This document shows, one piece after another, positions 29,585 through 37,600 of a stretch of 37,600 nucleotides of DNA. The notes beneath the pieces were generated by a model that ran no database searches, was not told the DNA's origin, and saw nothing but the letters and a program-made list of their open reading frames with translations. Location: the NCBI GenBank assembly GCA_045589735.1, contig JAZNPQ010000041.1, positions 1-37,600 of the forward strand, read 5' to 3'. Within the stretch, counting starts at the first letter, position 1, and the number at the start of each line of letters is the position of its first letter. Origin of the DNA: Eubacteriales bacterium (GTDB taxonomy: Bacteria > Bacillota > Clostridia > Oscillospirales > CAG-272). The translations under genes and the position numbers were made by a program.

Positions 29585-30893
29585 ACCGAGGATAGTCAGA
29601 ATACCGGGTAAGCCAAATCCGAAGCAAGCAGAATTTTTTGCCTCACGCGCAAAGTACACTGCATACGGCGGCGCTCGCGGCGGCGGAAAATCCTGGGCGC
29701 TTCGACGTAAGCTTGCCGCGCTCTGTCTGCGCTATCCCGGAATATCCTGTTTGCTTGTGCGTCGGACTATGGCAGAGCTCAAGACCAATCATCTTATTCC
29801 CATGCTCCGAGAATACGGTGCGTTTATGACCTATTCGGAGTCTGACAAACGCATCGTCTGCTCAAACGGCAGTACTATCACTCTCGGATACTGTTCTTCC
29901 TCACGGGATACTCTCAGGTATCAAGGTCAGGAATTCGACATTATCGCCCTTGACGAAGCAACGCAATTTGGCGAACATCAATTTTCTGTTTTTAAGGCTT
30001 GTCTGCGAGGGGTAAACGAATTCCCAAAACGTATGTACCTGACCTGCAATCCCGGCGGAGTGGGACACGCATGGGTAAAACGTCTCTTTGTTGACCGTGA
30101 TTTCCGTACGGGAGAAGAACCAAAGGACTATCTTTTTATTCCTGCCGTTGTTTACGACAACAGCGTACTGATGTCAAGCTGTCCAGAATATATAGCGCAG
30201 CTTGAAAGCCTGCCGCCGCGTCTGCGCGATGCATGGCTTCACGGTAAATGGAACGTATTTGAAGGACAGTTTCTTCCCGAATTCGATATCGAACGTCACG
30301 TCACGGATAACGCCGTCCCCACTAAAAAATTGCGGCATTTTATCGCGTTTGACTACGGCTTTGATATGCTTGCGGCGCTTCTTATCGCGGTTGACGGTGA
30401 CAGGCTTATCGTTGAATCCGAATATTGCGCTCCGAATCTCACGCTGTCGGAAGCAGCAGAACGTGTTGCGGCGCTGTCGGGTGGACTTGCGGAGTATGCC
30501 GTTGCGTCGCCTGACCTGTGGAATCGCCGTCAGGACAGCGGTAAAAGCGGTTTTGAGATAATGCAACAGGTAAAAGGTATGCCGCCTATGACTCCCGCTG
30601 ACGACCGTCGTATTCCCGGTTGGCGAATGCTTCGTGAATATCTTTCGAGCTCATCCGGCGATCCGCGTTTGATTATTTCAAGCCGTTGCTATGAGCTGAT
30701 ACGATGTCTGCCTGCTCTTCTTTGCGATACTTTGCGCCCGGAGGATGCGGCGGGAGAGCCTCATTCGGTCACGCACGCGCCCGAGGCTTTGCGATATGCG
30801 GTAATGAGCCGTATAGCGATGCCTTACGATAGAACCGTCGGACAGTTTAGCTTTAAAAAGCGAACTAACACGGCACTAAACCATTTAAACTGA
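29559..30893 (+). CDS. Phage terminase large subunit
   Basis: PNPKQ Q-motif, Walker A YGGARGGGKS, Walker B IIALDEA, LTCNPGG motif III, nuclease FDYG. Confidence 0.93.
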   Translation: MTSSPTENEPRIVRIPGKPNPKQAEFFASRAKYTAYGGARGGGKSWALRRKLAALCLRYPGISCLLVRRTMAELKTNHLIPMLREYGAFMTYSESDKRIVCSNGSTITLGYCSSSRDTLRYQGQEFDIIALDEATQFGEHQFSVFKACLRGVNEFPKRMYLTCNPGGVGHAWVKRLFVDRDFRTGEEPKDYLFIPAVVYDNSVLMSSCPEYIAQLESLPPRLRDAWLHGKWNVFEGQFLPEFDIERHVTDNAVPTKKLRHFIAFDYGFDMLAALLIAVDGDRLIVESEYCAPNLTLSEAAERVAALSGGLAEYAVASPDLWNRRQDSGKSGFEIMQQVKGMPPMTPADDRRIPGWRMLREYLSSSSGDPRLIISSRCYELIRCLPALLCDTLRPEDAAGEPHSVTHAPEALRYAVMSRIAMPYDRTVGQFSFKKRTNTALNHLN

Positions 30894-30903
30894 AAGGACT
30901 TTT

Positions 30904-32655
30904 ATGCCAAAAAAAAGTAAAAATCATTATACACACCACTTTACTCCCAATGGATTTGGAGGTATCGACCTCAAAAATCCGAAGCAAAACGCCTCGGAGG
31001 TCTACAATTTCAGAATAATGCCCGACGGTTCCATAATGAAGCGTCAAGGCTTTAAGCGGCTGGCAACTCTTTCCGAGGCTCCGACTTACTTCGGTATATT
31101 CAATATAAATTCGTCGGAGGTTGGGCTCGCCGTGATCGGAAAGAAAATTTTTGAGGTCGATCTTGAAAGCGGTGAATGCTCCCAATATATGGGCACTCTT
31201 GATGCAAAGGCAACGAATTGCGATATAGTTTTCTATAACGAAAATATATTGATATTTGACGGTACGCATGCAAAGCTCGTAAAAGACGGAGAGGTACAGG
31301 ATTTTAACGGTTATGTCCCTCTATACGGCAAAGCATGGCACCCTACCGGTGGCGGTCCTGTGCATGAACAGCTTAATATTGTCTCAGAGCGCTACCGTGT
31401 AAATTATTCTCTTTCGTCTGACACCGACAAAATACGTCTGCCGAACAATGCAGACTATATAGATTACGTCGAGGTTAACGGAGAAGCGCTATATAGCGAC
31501 GACTATTCCTTTGACCGAAGCACAAAGTTCGTACATTCAGAGAAATTTTCTTCAGACGGCGGAAGCGTTACCTTTTGGATCTCCTTCGAAAACGAAGAGA
31601 TTTCTACACTGCACAGCTGCACTAAGGCTCTGGCGGTCAGCTCAGGAAGCAGTCCGGTTATATTTTGCTACGGCAGAAGCGGGAGAGACGGTATCTTTTG
31701 TCTCCGTTCCGTTCCCGTTTCGGAGGAAGAAAGACGGAATATGCACTACGTATATTCCGATGAATTTGATCTATATATTCCCTACGGCGGCTCTTTTACA
31801 GTCGGTAGCGGTGAAAATACGATACGCGCAGTCATTCCTTATGACGAACGCGTCATAGTATTCACAGATCACGACGCATGGTTCGTTCCTATAATAAGCA
31901 ACTCGGTAATGCCCGAAACACTTAATAAAAGTATCGGTTGTTCTTCTCCTTACGGCGTCGCATACTGCGGAGAATCCCCCGTTACAGTATGTCACAACCG
32001 TCTCTTTATATGGACTCCTACGCTTGATCCCTATAATCCTTTAAACGCTGTCAGCGTTTCAAATTCGGTCGAGCTTCAGGAAGCCGAAGCCGATAAATTT
32101 ATAAAGGTGTTTGTAAATCGATACGGCAGTGAGCTTTGGATATTTAACGAAAGCTCCGAGACCGATAACATTTTGATATATGACTATGAGGCTGAAAAAT
32201 GGTTCAGCTTCGGTGATTTCTATCCAAGCTTTATATTCAATTACGGCGGACAGGTAGGCTTTGTCGAAGGCAGCGGAATTTTTCTGTTCGATGACGACGC
32301 CGTATACGATGAAAGAATTGACGGAATACCTCAATATATCTCGGCTGTATATACGTCGGCTTGGGCAAAAATAGACGACACGGGAAAGATAAAACATGCT
32401 GACCGTCTTATCACTGAGGCGTATTCGGGCAGGGGCGGAAGGATCTCTATAACTCTTGTTTATAATTACGGAAGTACAGATGATGCCTTATATACCGTTA
32501 CCGAAGCCTCGCTCTCTCCGCAGATATTCGTAAAGCGACTGCCTCATTCACGCTTCAGAGAAGTTCGCTTTACCATAACCGCAGACGGCGCAAGCAGTGA
32601 ACGTATATATGACGTTGCGCTTGAGCTGACGGTCGATGACGGAAATCAATGCTGA
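30904..32655 (+). CDS. Putative podoviral nozzle/hub (P22 gp10 / tail tubular B-like) beta-propeller protein
   Basis: N-terminal FGGID...NF...DGSIMKRQG pattern, IGCSSPYGV and LIYDY..KW motifs; beta-rich 583 aa; phage context. Confidence 0.6.
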   Translation: MPKKSKNHYTHHFTPNGFGGIDLKNPKQNASEVYNFRIMPDGSIMKRQGFKRLATLSEAPTYFGIFNINSSEVGLAVIGKKIFEVDLESGECSQYMGTLDAKATNCDIVFYNENILIFDGTHAKLVKDGEVQDFNGYVPLYGKAWHPTGGGPVHEQLNIVSERYRVNYSLSSDTDKIRLPNNADYIDYVEVNGEALYSDDYSFDRSTKFVHSEKFSSDGGSVTFWISFENEEISTLHSCTKALAVSSGSSPVIFCYGRSGRDGIFCLRSVPVSEEERRNMHYVYSDEFDLYIPYGGSFTVGSGENTIRAVIPYDERVIVFTDHDAWFVPIISNSVMPETLNKSIGCSSPYGVAYCGESPVTVCHNRLFIWTPTLDPYNPLNAVSVSNSVELQEAEADKFIKVFVNRYGSELWIFNESSETDNILIYDYEAEKWFSFGDFYPSFIFNYGGQVGFVEGSGIFLFDDDAVYDERIDGIPQYISAVYTSAWAKIDDTGKIKHADRLITEAYSGRGGRISITLVYNYGSTDDALYTVTEASLSPQIFVKRLPHSRFREVRFTITADGASSERIYDVALELTVDDGNQC

Positions 32656-32679
32656 ATTTAGAAAGAAAGGAATTACACT

Positions 32680-34239
32680 ATGAAAAGCAACACAACATCT
32701 ACCTGGCGGCAGTATGAAGCCGGTAAAGACTACAAACGCCGCATAGGCCTTTACGAAACGGTCAGACGCAACGAACGGTATTACAGAGGTGACCAATGGT
32801 ACGGGGCGGCTCTTCCGGATCTTCCACGTCCCATCTTCAACGTAATAAGACGTATCGTCGATTACCAGATATGCACCGTTATTTCGGGAAATCTATATAT
32901 CAACTATACCGACGAGGATCTTCCCTACGCCGACAATTCCGCAACACGTCAGATGATGCTTTCGGGCACCGAGCTTCTTACAAAAAACGCAGCGTACCGT
33001 TGGGAGCGTGAAAAGCTCGATAACGTTATGTACCGTCTCATGCTCGACGCCGCTATCTCGGGTGACGGAATTCTGTATTGTTGGTGGGATCCGTCAATTC
33101 GTACGGGACAGCCTTATGCAGGTGACATCGTAACCGAAACCGTCGACAACTCTAATCTTTTTGTTGCCGACGTCAACAGCACAGATCTGCAGTCTCAGGA
33201 ATATATCATTCTTTCGGGTCGTGACAGTGTATCTTCGCTAAGACGCGAAGCAAAAAAATACGGTGCGAGCGAAAGCGAGCAGAAAAAAATAATACCCGAC
33301 AGCGAATTTGACTGCGGTTCGGGAGACCTTTCGGAGTATGAGCTTGAGGACGAGGATTTCGCAAAGGCTACTTACCTTATAAAATTCTGGCGTGAGGACG
33401 GCTACGTTATGTTTGAAAAATCCACTCGCCACACAGTCATAAGACGCGGCCCTACCGGTATGAGACTTTATCCCGTAGCCTACTTCAACTGGTATCCTAC
33501 AAAGGACAGCTTCCACGGCACACCGCCCGTTTCGGGAATGATAGCAAATCAGAAGTTTATCAACAGAGCCTACGCCCTTATAATGAAGCATATGACAGAC
33601 ACCGCATTTTCCAAGGTCATTTACGACAAATCAAAAATACCCGAATGGTCAAATGAGGTAGGTGAGGCTATTGCCGCCATTGGCGGGGGTAATATTTCAG
33701 ATTCGGTCTCGGTCGTCGGCGTCGGTCAGATGCAGGACGGTTATCTTGAGCTTATCGAAAATGCCATAGCCCTTACAAAAGAGCTTAACGGAGCAACCGA
33801 TACGGCTCTCGGTAATACAGACCCTACAAACACAAGCGCGATTCTTGCGATGCAGGAAGCAGCGCGTGTTCCTCTTATGCAGGTTCGTTCTTCGCTTTGC
33901 CGCTGTATTGAGGAGCTTGCGTCTATCTGGGCTGAAATGATCTTTCTCTATTATCCAAAGGAGCGCCTCGTTCCATATAGGGAAAACGGAGAGATACACG
34001 CCGAATGCTTCTCGTTTGATAAAATGAAGGATGCGCTTATATGCTCTCACGTTGAAGTAAGCAACATAGAGCGTTCCTCTCCTGTCGCAACGCAAAGCAT
34101 ACTCGATAAGCTTCTCGACGGAGGTCATATCGGTGCCGACACCTATATATCTCTCCTGCCTCAAGGCATTATTCAAGCAAAAGAAGAAATTATAGAAAGC
34201 ATCAAAAGAGAAAGGAAACAAAGCATAAATGAACAGTGA
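32680..34239 (+). CDS. Phage portal protein (P22-like)
   Basis: NERYYRGDQW, PIFNVIRRIVD, DAAISGDG, NQKFIN, SAILAMQEAA; helical 519 aa; position in operon. Confidence 0.85.
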   Translation: MKSNTTSTWRQYEAGKDYKRRIGLYETVRRNERYYRGDQWYGAALPDLPRPIFNVIRRIVDYQICTVISGNLYINYTDEDLPYADNSATRQMMLSGTELLTKNAAYRWEREKLDNVMYRLMLDAAISGDGILYCWWDPSIRTGQPYAGDIVTETVDNSNLFVADVNSTDLQSQEYIILSGRDSVSSLRREAKKYGASESEQKKIIPDSEFDCGSGDLSEYELEDEDFAKATYLIKFWREDGYVMFEKSTRHTVIRRGPTGMRLYPVAYFNWYPTKDSFHGTPPVSGMIANQKFINRAYALIMKHMTDTAFSKVIYDKSKIPEWSNEVGEAIAAIGGGNISDSVSVVGVGQMQDGYLELIENAIALTKELNGATDTALGNTDPTNTSAILAMQEAARVPLMQVRSSLCRCIEELASIWAEMIFLYYPKERLVPYRENGEIHAECFSFDKMKDALICSHVEVSNIERSSPVATQSILDKLLDGGHIGADTYISLLPQGIIQAKEEIIESIKRERKQSINEQ

Positions 34240-34783
34240 AATTTTAAATCAGGAAGAAGCTATAGAACTGTCTTCCCTTCCTGTAGAAGAAAACGAAGCT
34301 CCCGAACCAGAAGTAGAACCCGAACTCGAACCGGAATCGGAGGATATTCCAACAAGTGACGAGCTTCCTTGTGTGGAAATCGAAGATACTCCAAAAGAAG
34401 TTACACCTGAGGACGAACCCGATTCGGAATCTGAAAACTATCTTAACAGTCTTATACGTGAAGAACGTATATCAAACGAATATGCGGAATTTAAATCGCT
34501 TTTCCCCGGCGTGTCGGTCAGCGAGCTTCCCGACAGTGTACTGAGCAGTGTCAAAAACGGAGTTCCGCTCTCTGCGGCTTATGCGCTTTATGAACGCCGC
34601 CGCGCTATGTCAGAAGCTGTTGCGTCAGGAGTGAACCAAAAGAATCGCGAGCTTTCCTTCGCGGTAAAAAGCGGAAAAACAACCGAAGTATATTTTTCAC
34701 CCGACGAGGTAAGACAAATGTCTGCCTCTGAGGTCAAAGCAAATTATTCAAAAATAATCGACTCAATGAGTCATTGGAACTAA
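34229..34783 (+). CDS. Putative capsid scaffolding protein
   Basis: Acidic EP-rich N-terminus; C-terminal FSPDEVRQMSASEVKANYSKIIDSM helix; between portal and capsid. Confidence 0.7.
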   Translation: MNSEILNQEEAIELSSLPVEENEAPEPEVEPELEPESEDIPTSDELPCVEIEDTPKEVTPEDEPDSESENYLNSLIREERISNEYAEFKSLFPGVSVSELPDSVLSSVKNGVPLSAAYALYERRRAMSEAVASGVNQKNRELSFAVKSGKTTEVYFSPDEVRQMSASEVKANYSKIIDSMSHWN

Positions 34784-34815
34784 AATAAAAAAATTAGTAA
34801 AATTGGAGGAATTTT

Positions 34816-35664
34816 ATGGCTATTAAAAACTTTATTCCCACAGTATGGAGCGAAACTCTTTATGAACAGCTCGATAAACAGTATATCGCGGTACGTAACT
34901 GTAACCGTGATTTTGACGGCGAAATCAAGGAACAGGGCGGCACAGTAAAGATCTGCGGAGTTGGAAATATCAATATATTCGATTACACAAAAAACACCGA
35001 TATAAGCAATATGCAGACCCTTTCCGATTTATATGCTGAAATTGTTATTTCACGTGCCCGCGCATTCAATTTCCAAATAGATGACATTGACCGCGCGCAG
35101 GCTAATCCCAAGCTTATGAAAGCTGCTATGAAGGTCGCGGCATCGGCTCTCGCAAATGACGCCGATAAGTACGTTTTCTCTTTGTATCAATACGCTGATA
35201 TTGATAACCACCTTACTTGCAAGGACACGACTGCCGAAAACATCGTTGACCATATAATTGCCGCGAGAGAATTGCTTTTCGACAACAATGTCACAAACAA
35301 TGACGAGGTCGTTCTTGAGGTCTCGCCTCAGATCGCATCTTTTATCCTCAAAGCAAAGATATCGCTTTCCAACGATATCTCCGACACTGCTCTTTCAAGC
35401 GGTGTTCTCGGCACTATTGCAGGCTGCAAGGTGTACGTTTCCAACAATATACATAAAGAAGAAGAAGAAATCGACATAATATATCACAAGTGCATGATGA
35501 GAACAAAGCGCGCTATCGCTTTCGCGGAACAGCTTTCCGAGATCGACGCATACCGTCCCGAATCGAGATTCGCCGACGCTGTCAAGGGTCTCCATCTCTA
35601 CGGTGCCAGTGTCATTTATCCCAAAGAGGTCGTTCTTCTCAATCTCGGTGTATCCGTGGCTTAA
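34816..35664 (+). CDS. Major capsid protein (HK97 fold, P22 coat gp5-like family)
   Basis: NFIPTVWS, NRDFDGEI..GGTVKI, FNFQIDDIDRAQ, GTIAGCKVYVSNN, FADAVKGLHLYGA; strong GGAGG RBS. Confidence 0.9.
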   Translation: MAIKNFIPTVWSETLYEQLDKQYIAVRNCNRDFDGEIKEQGGTVKICGVGNINIFDYTKNTDISNMQTLSDLYAEIVISRARAFNFQIDDIDRAQANPKLMKAAMKVAASALANDADKYVFSLYQYADIDNHLTCKDTTAENIVDHIIAARELLFDNNVTNNDEVVLEVSPQIASFILKAKISLSNDISDTALSSGVLGTIAGCKVYVSNNIHKEEEEIDIIYHKCMMRTKRAIAFAEQLSEIDAYRPESRFADAVKGLHLYGASVIYPKEVVLLNLGVSVA

Positions 35665-35674
35665 TATCTAACAA

Positions 35675-36061
35675 ATGACAGTCAGGGACATTTATAATTC
35701 AGCACTCTGTCTTATCGGGGAGAACTCCGAATCCGAAAATGATTCAGATTATTCCGAAAGAGCTACCTATATCGTTGCTATATTTTGCGATAAGATAGCT
35801 CACATAGACCGTTCCTACCGCGAAAGTCACCGCCTTGACGAGCAGAAAAGCTTTAATGAGGTGTGCCTTGAACTCGATACAGAGTTTCCGCTGAGCCCCC
35901 GTTTTGCGGATTCGGCGAGTCATTATCTTGCCGCGATGCTCGTGCTATATGAAAACGAGGTCCTTCACGATAAGCTCTTTTCTATGCACTGCGATCTGCT
36001 TGCCAATGCAATAAGTGAAATACCTTATCTCAAGGAAAAGATCAAGAACGCATACTGCTGA
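35675..36061 (+). CDS. Putative head-to-tail adaptor protein
   Basis: MTVRDIYNSALCLIGE start typical of adaptor proteins; helical 128 aa; follows capsid gene. Confidence 0.6.
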   Translation: MTVRDIYNSALCLIGENSESENDSDYSERATYIVAIFCDKIAHIDRSYRESHRLDEQKSFNEVCLELDTEFPLSPRFADSASHYLAAMLVLYENEVLHDKLFSMHCDLLANAISEIPYLKEKIKNAYC

Positions 36062-36071
36062 TAAAAATTTG

Positions 36072-36112
36072 GGCTACCTCAATGAAAATTGGGGTAGCCT
36101 CTTTTATTTTTT
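36072..36112 (+). terminator. Intrinsic terminator closing the capsid operon
   Basis: GGCTACCTCAAT-GAAA-ATTGGGGTAGCC followed by TCTTTTATTTTTT. Confidence 0.8.
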
Positions 36113-36124
36113 ATCAAAACATGG

Positions 36125-36153
36125 TTGAAATTTGACATTTTATATGGTATAAT
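36125..36153 (+). promoter_or_regulatory. Sigma-A promoter of the PqqD cassette
   Basis: TTGAAA-17bp-TATAAT with extended TG. Confidence 0.7.
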
Positions 36154-36175
36154 ATTAAATGAGGAGTGATTTTCT

Positions 36176-36901
36176 ATGTTTTATATAAAGATGGCGGAGC
36201 TTAATATAGGCATCGACAACAAATACGCTTATCTTAAAGAGCTGTGCCGTGACTATCTCACAGAATGCGACACACCCGACCTTACCGTCTCTGTAACGGA
36301 AGAGCAAATAAAGGCCGAGCAAGAGGACTCTCTTTCGACAGGTGTCGTTGCAAGCGCGCCTTATGCCGAAAGTATTTGTATGTACCGTGAGATATGTAAC
36401 CGTATACACGAATATGACGCCTTTCTGTTTCACGCCTCGGTCATTGAATGTGATGGACGGTCATACGCCTTTGCGGCTGCAAGCGGCACAGGTAAGTCAA
36501 CGCACACAGGACTTTGGCTTAAGCATTTCGGAGACCGCGCAAGAATTATAAACGGCGACAAGCCCATCATGCGATTTGCCCACGGTGAGCTTCGCGCGTA
36601 CGGAACTCCTTGGTGCGGCAAAGAGGGGTATAATATAAACGACAGCTCTCCTCTCGCAGCGGTCTGCTTCCTTGAAAGAGGAAAAACCAACACCATACGA
36701 AAGCTTGAAAGCGATGAATCCGTTATGCGTCTTTTCCCTCAAATACTGTTGCCGACAGACGAGGGCGCTATAGACCTTCTCTTCCCGCTCGTAGAAAAAA
36801 TGATAGAAACTATCCCCTGCTACTGTCTTGCCTGTACCATATCCGACGAGGCTGTTACAGTAGCGTATAACGCCATGAGCCAAAATACTCAGAATCAATG
36901 A
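36176..36901 (+). CDS. HPr-kinase-related P-loop protein
   Basis: LFHASVI, FAAASGTGKSTH, INGDKP, YGTPWCGK, ICFLERG-like motifs. Confidence 0.75.
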   Translation: MFYIKMAELNIGIDNKYAYLKELCRDYLTECDTPDLTVSVTEEQIKAEQEDSLSTGVVASAPYAESICMYREICNRIHEYDAFLFHASVIECDGRSYAFAAASGTGKSTHTGLWLKHFGDRARIINGDKPIMRFAHGELRAYGTPWCGKEGYNINDSSPLAAVCFLERGKTNTIRKLESDESVMRLFPQILLPTDEGAIDLLFPLVEKMIETIPCYCLACTISDEAVTVAYNAMSQNTQNQ

Positions 36902-36914
36902 AAGGAATTTTCTT

Positions 36915-37181
36915 ATGAAAAGAAAACCCGGCTTTATAGTCAGAAAAATATCCGGGCAAAACGTCGCCGTTGCTATCGGTGAGGCTTCAAAAAGCTTTCA
37001 CGGAATGATAAAGCTCAACGACACGGGACTTATAATCTGGAATACGCTCGCAAAGGACGTGACCGAGGATGATATCGTCGCAGCAATCCTTGAGCAGTAC
37101 GACGTTGCACCCGAGAAAGCGGCAGAGGACGTACACAAATTCGTTGAGGTGCTTAAGGATGCGGGAATCGTTATCGAGTGA
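36915..37181 (+). CDS. PqqD-family protein (RiPP recognition element)
   Basis: 88 aa; LNDTGLIIWNTL...ILEQYDV...AAEDVHKFVEVL. Confidence 0.88.
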   Translation: MKRKPGFIVRKISGQNVAVAIGEASKSFHGMIKLNDTGLIIWNTLAKDVTEDDIVAAILEQYDVAPEKAAEDVHKFVEVLKDAGIVIE

Positions 37182-37600
37182 GTTTTCACTTGCCGAAGCC
37201 GAAGAGCTTATCGTCGAGGTGCTTGAATCGGGCGGCGAATTCGAGCTGTATCCTCGCGGCACGAGTATGCTTCCGCTTATCGTTCAGGGACGCGATTCTG
37301 TCACGCTTGTAAAGCCTGACGGCCGTCTTTTTGAAGATGATATAGCTTTTTACAAAAGAGCCGACGGCAGCTTTATACTCCACAGAGTTATGTCGGTTGA
37401 AAAAGACAGCTATACGATGTGCGGCGACAATCAGCTCGTACTTGAGCCCGGAATAACCGACGCGCAGATAATTGGTGTCGTCTCGTCACTTTTCGTAAAG
37501 GGCAAAAAAATAGGCGTAACAAGCAAATCCTACAAAAGATATATAAAACGCCGCAAAAATCTTAAATGGCGTCGCATACTTCTGAAGTTTGCAAGGCATA
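37159..37600 (+). CDS. S24/S26-family signal-peptidase-like protein (runs off window; absent from the ORF track)
   Basis: ATG at 37159 with GAGGTG RBS; translation MRESLSSEF...PRGTSMLPLI...FILHRV...MCGDNQ (Ser, His-Arg and GDN motifs). Confidence 0.8.
   Translation, partial: MRESLSSEFSLAEAEELIVEVLESGGEFELYPRGTSMLPLIVQGRDSVTLVKPDGRLFEDDIAFYKRADGSFILHRVMSVEKDSYTMCGDNQLVLEPGITDAQIIGVVSSLFVKGKKIGVTSKSYKRYIKRRKNLKWRRILLKFARH

Larger units (their letters stand above)
29117..36110 (+). other. Stand-alone phage head/packaging operon (GTA-like or domesticated prophage remnant)
   Basis: Seven intact co-directional virion/packaging genes with own promoter and terminator; no integrase, replication, lysis or att repeats seen. 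Confidence 0.75.

Noticed and set aside
34816-35664. Encapsulin nanocompartment
   Set aside because: Co-encoded terminase, portal and scaffold indicate DNA packaging, not enzyme cargo loading.
27993-36110. Complete prophage or cf-PICI integrated at tRNA-Tyr/Thr
   Set aside because: The tRNA 3' duplicate lies on the side away from the capsid operon and encloses only about 155 bp; no integrase; a host PPTase gene intervenes.
37178-37180. GTG overlapping the PqqD stop as start of the peptidase
   Set aside because: It is out of frame with the GTSMLP/HRV/GDN motifs; the in-frame ATG is at 37159.

Overview
Chromosomal window from a Clostridia-like (Bacillota) gut or rumen-type bacterium, judged from SLH protein, CIRCE-regulated groESL, sigma-A promoters and gene content. 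Most of it is housekeeping or envelope genes: acyltransferase, CarD, amidase, lipoproteins, groES/groEL, AgcS symporter, MetH-like methyltransferase, truB, trmB, ychF, queA, dapA, an OmpR regulator with HtrA, a BSH/PVA hydrolase, tRNA-Thr, tRNA-Tyr and an Sfp-type PPTase. The standout is a compact, intact 7-gene phage head/packaging operon at 29204-36061: TerS-like, TerL, nozzle-like, portal, scaffold, P22-type capsid and adaptor. It has no recognisable integrase, replication, lysis, repressor or long-tail genes. It is preceded by three 10-bp phased TGGCACT repeats and an extended -10 promoter, and closed by its own terminator. This makes it a candidate domesticated, gene-transfer-agent-like podoviral particle. 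Other points of interest are an AT-rich islet between ychF and queA (structured attenuator-like leader RNA, DUF2971-like protein, Fic-HTH protein with paired operators), a duplicated tRNA-Tyr 3' end with REP-like hairpin arrays, and the start of a kinase/PqqD/S26-peptidase cassette at the right edge. All family assignments come from motif recognition, not database searches.
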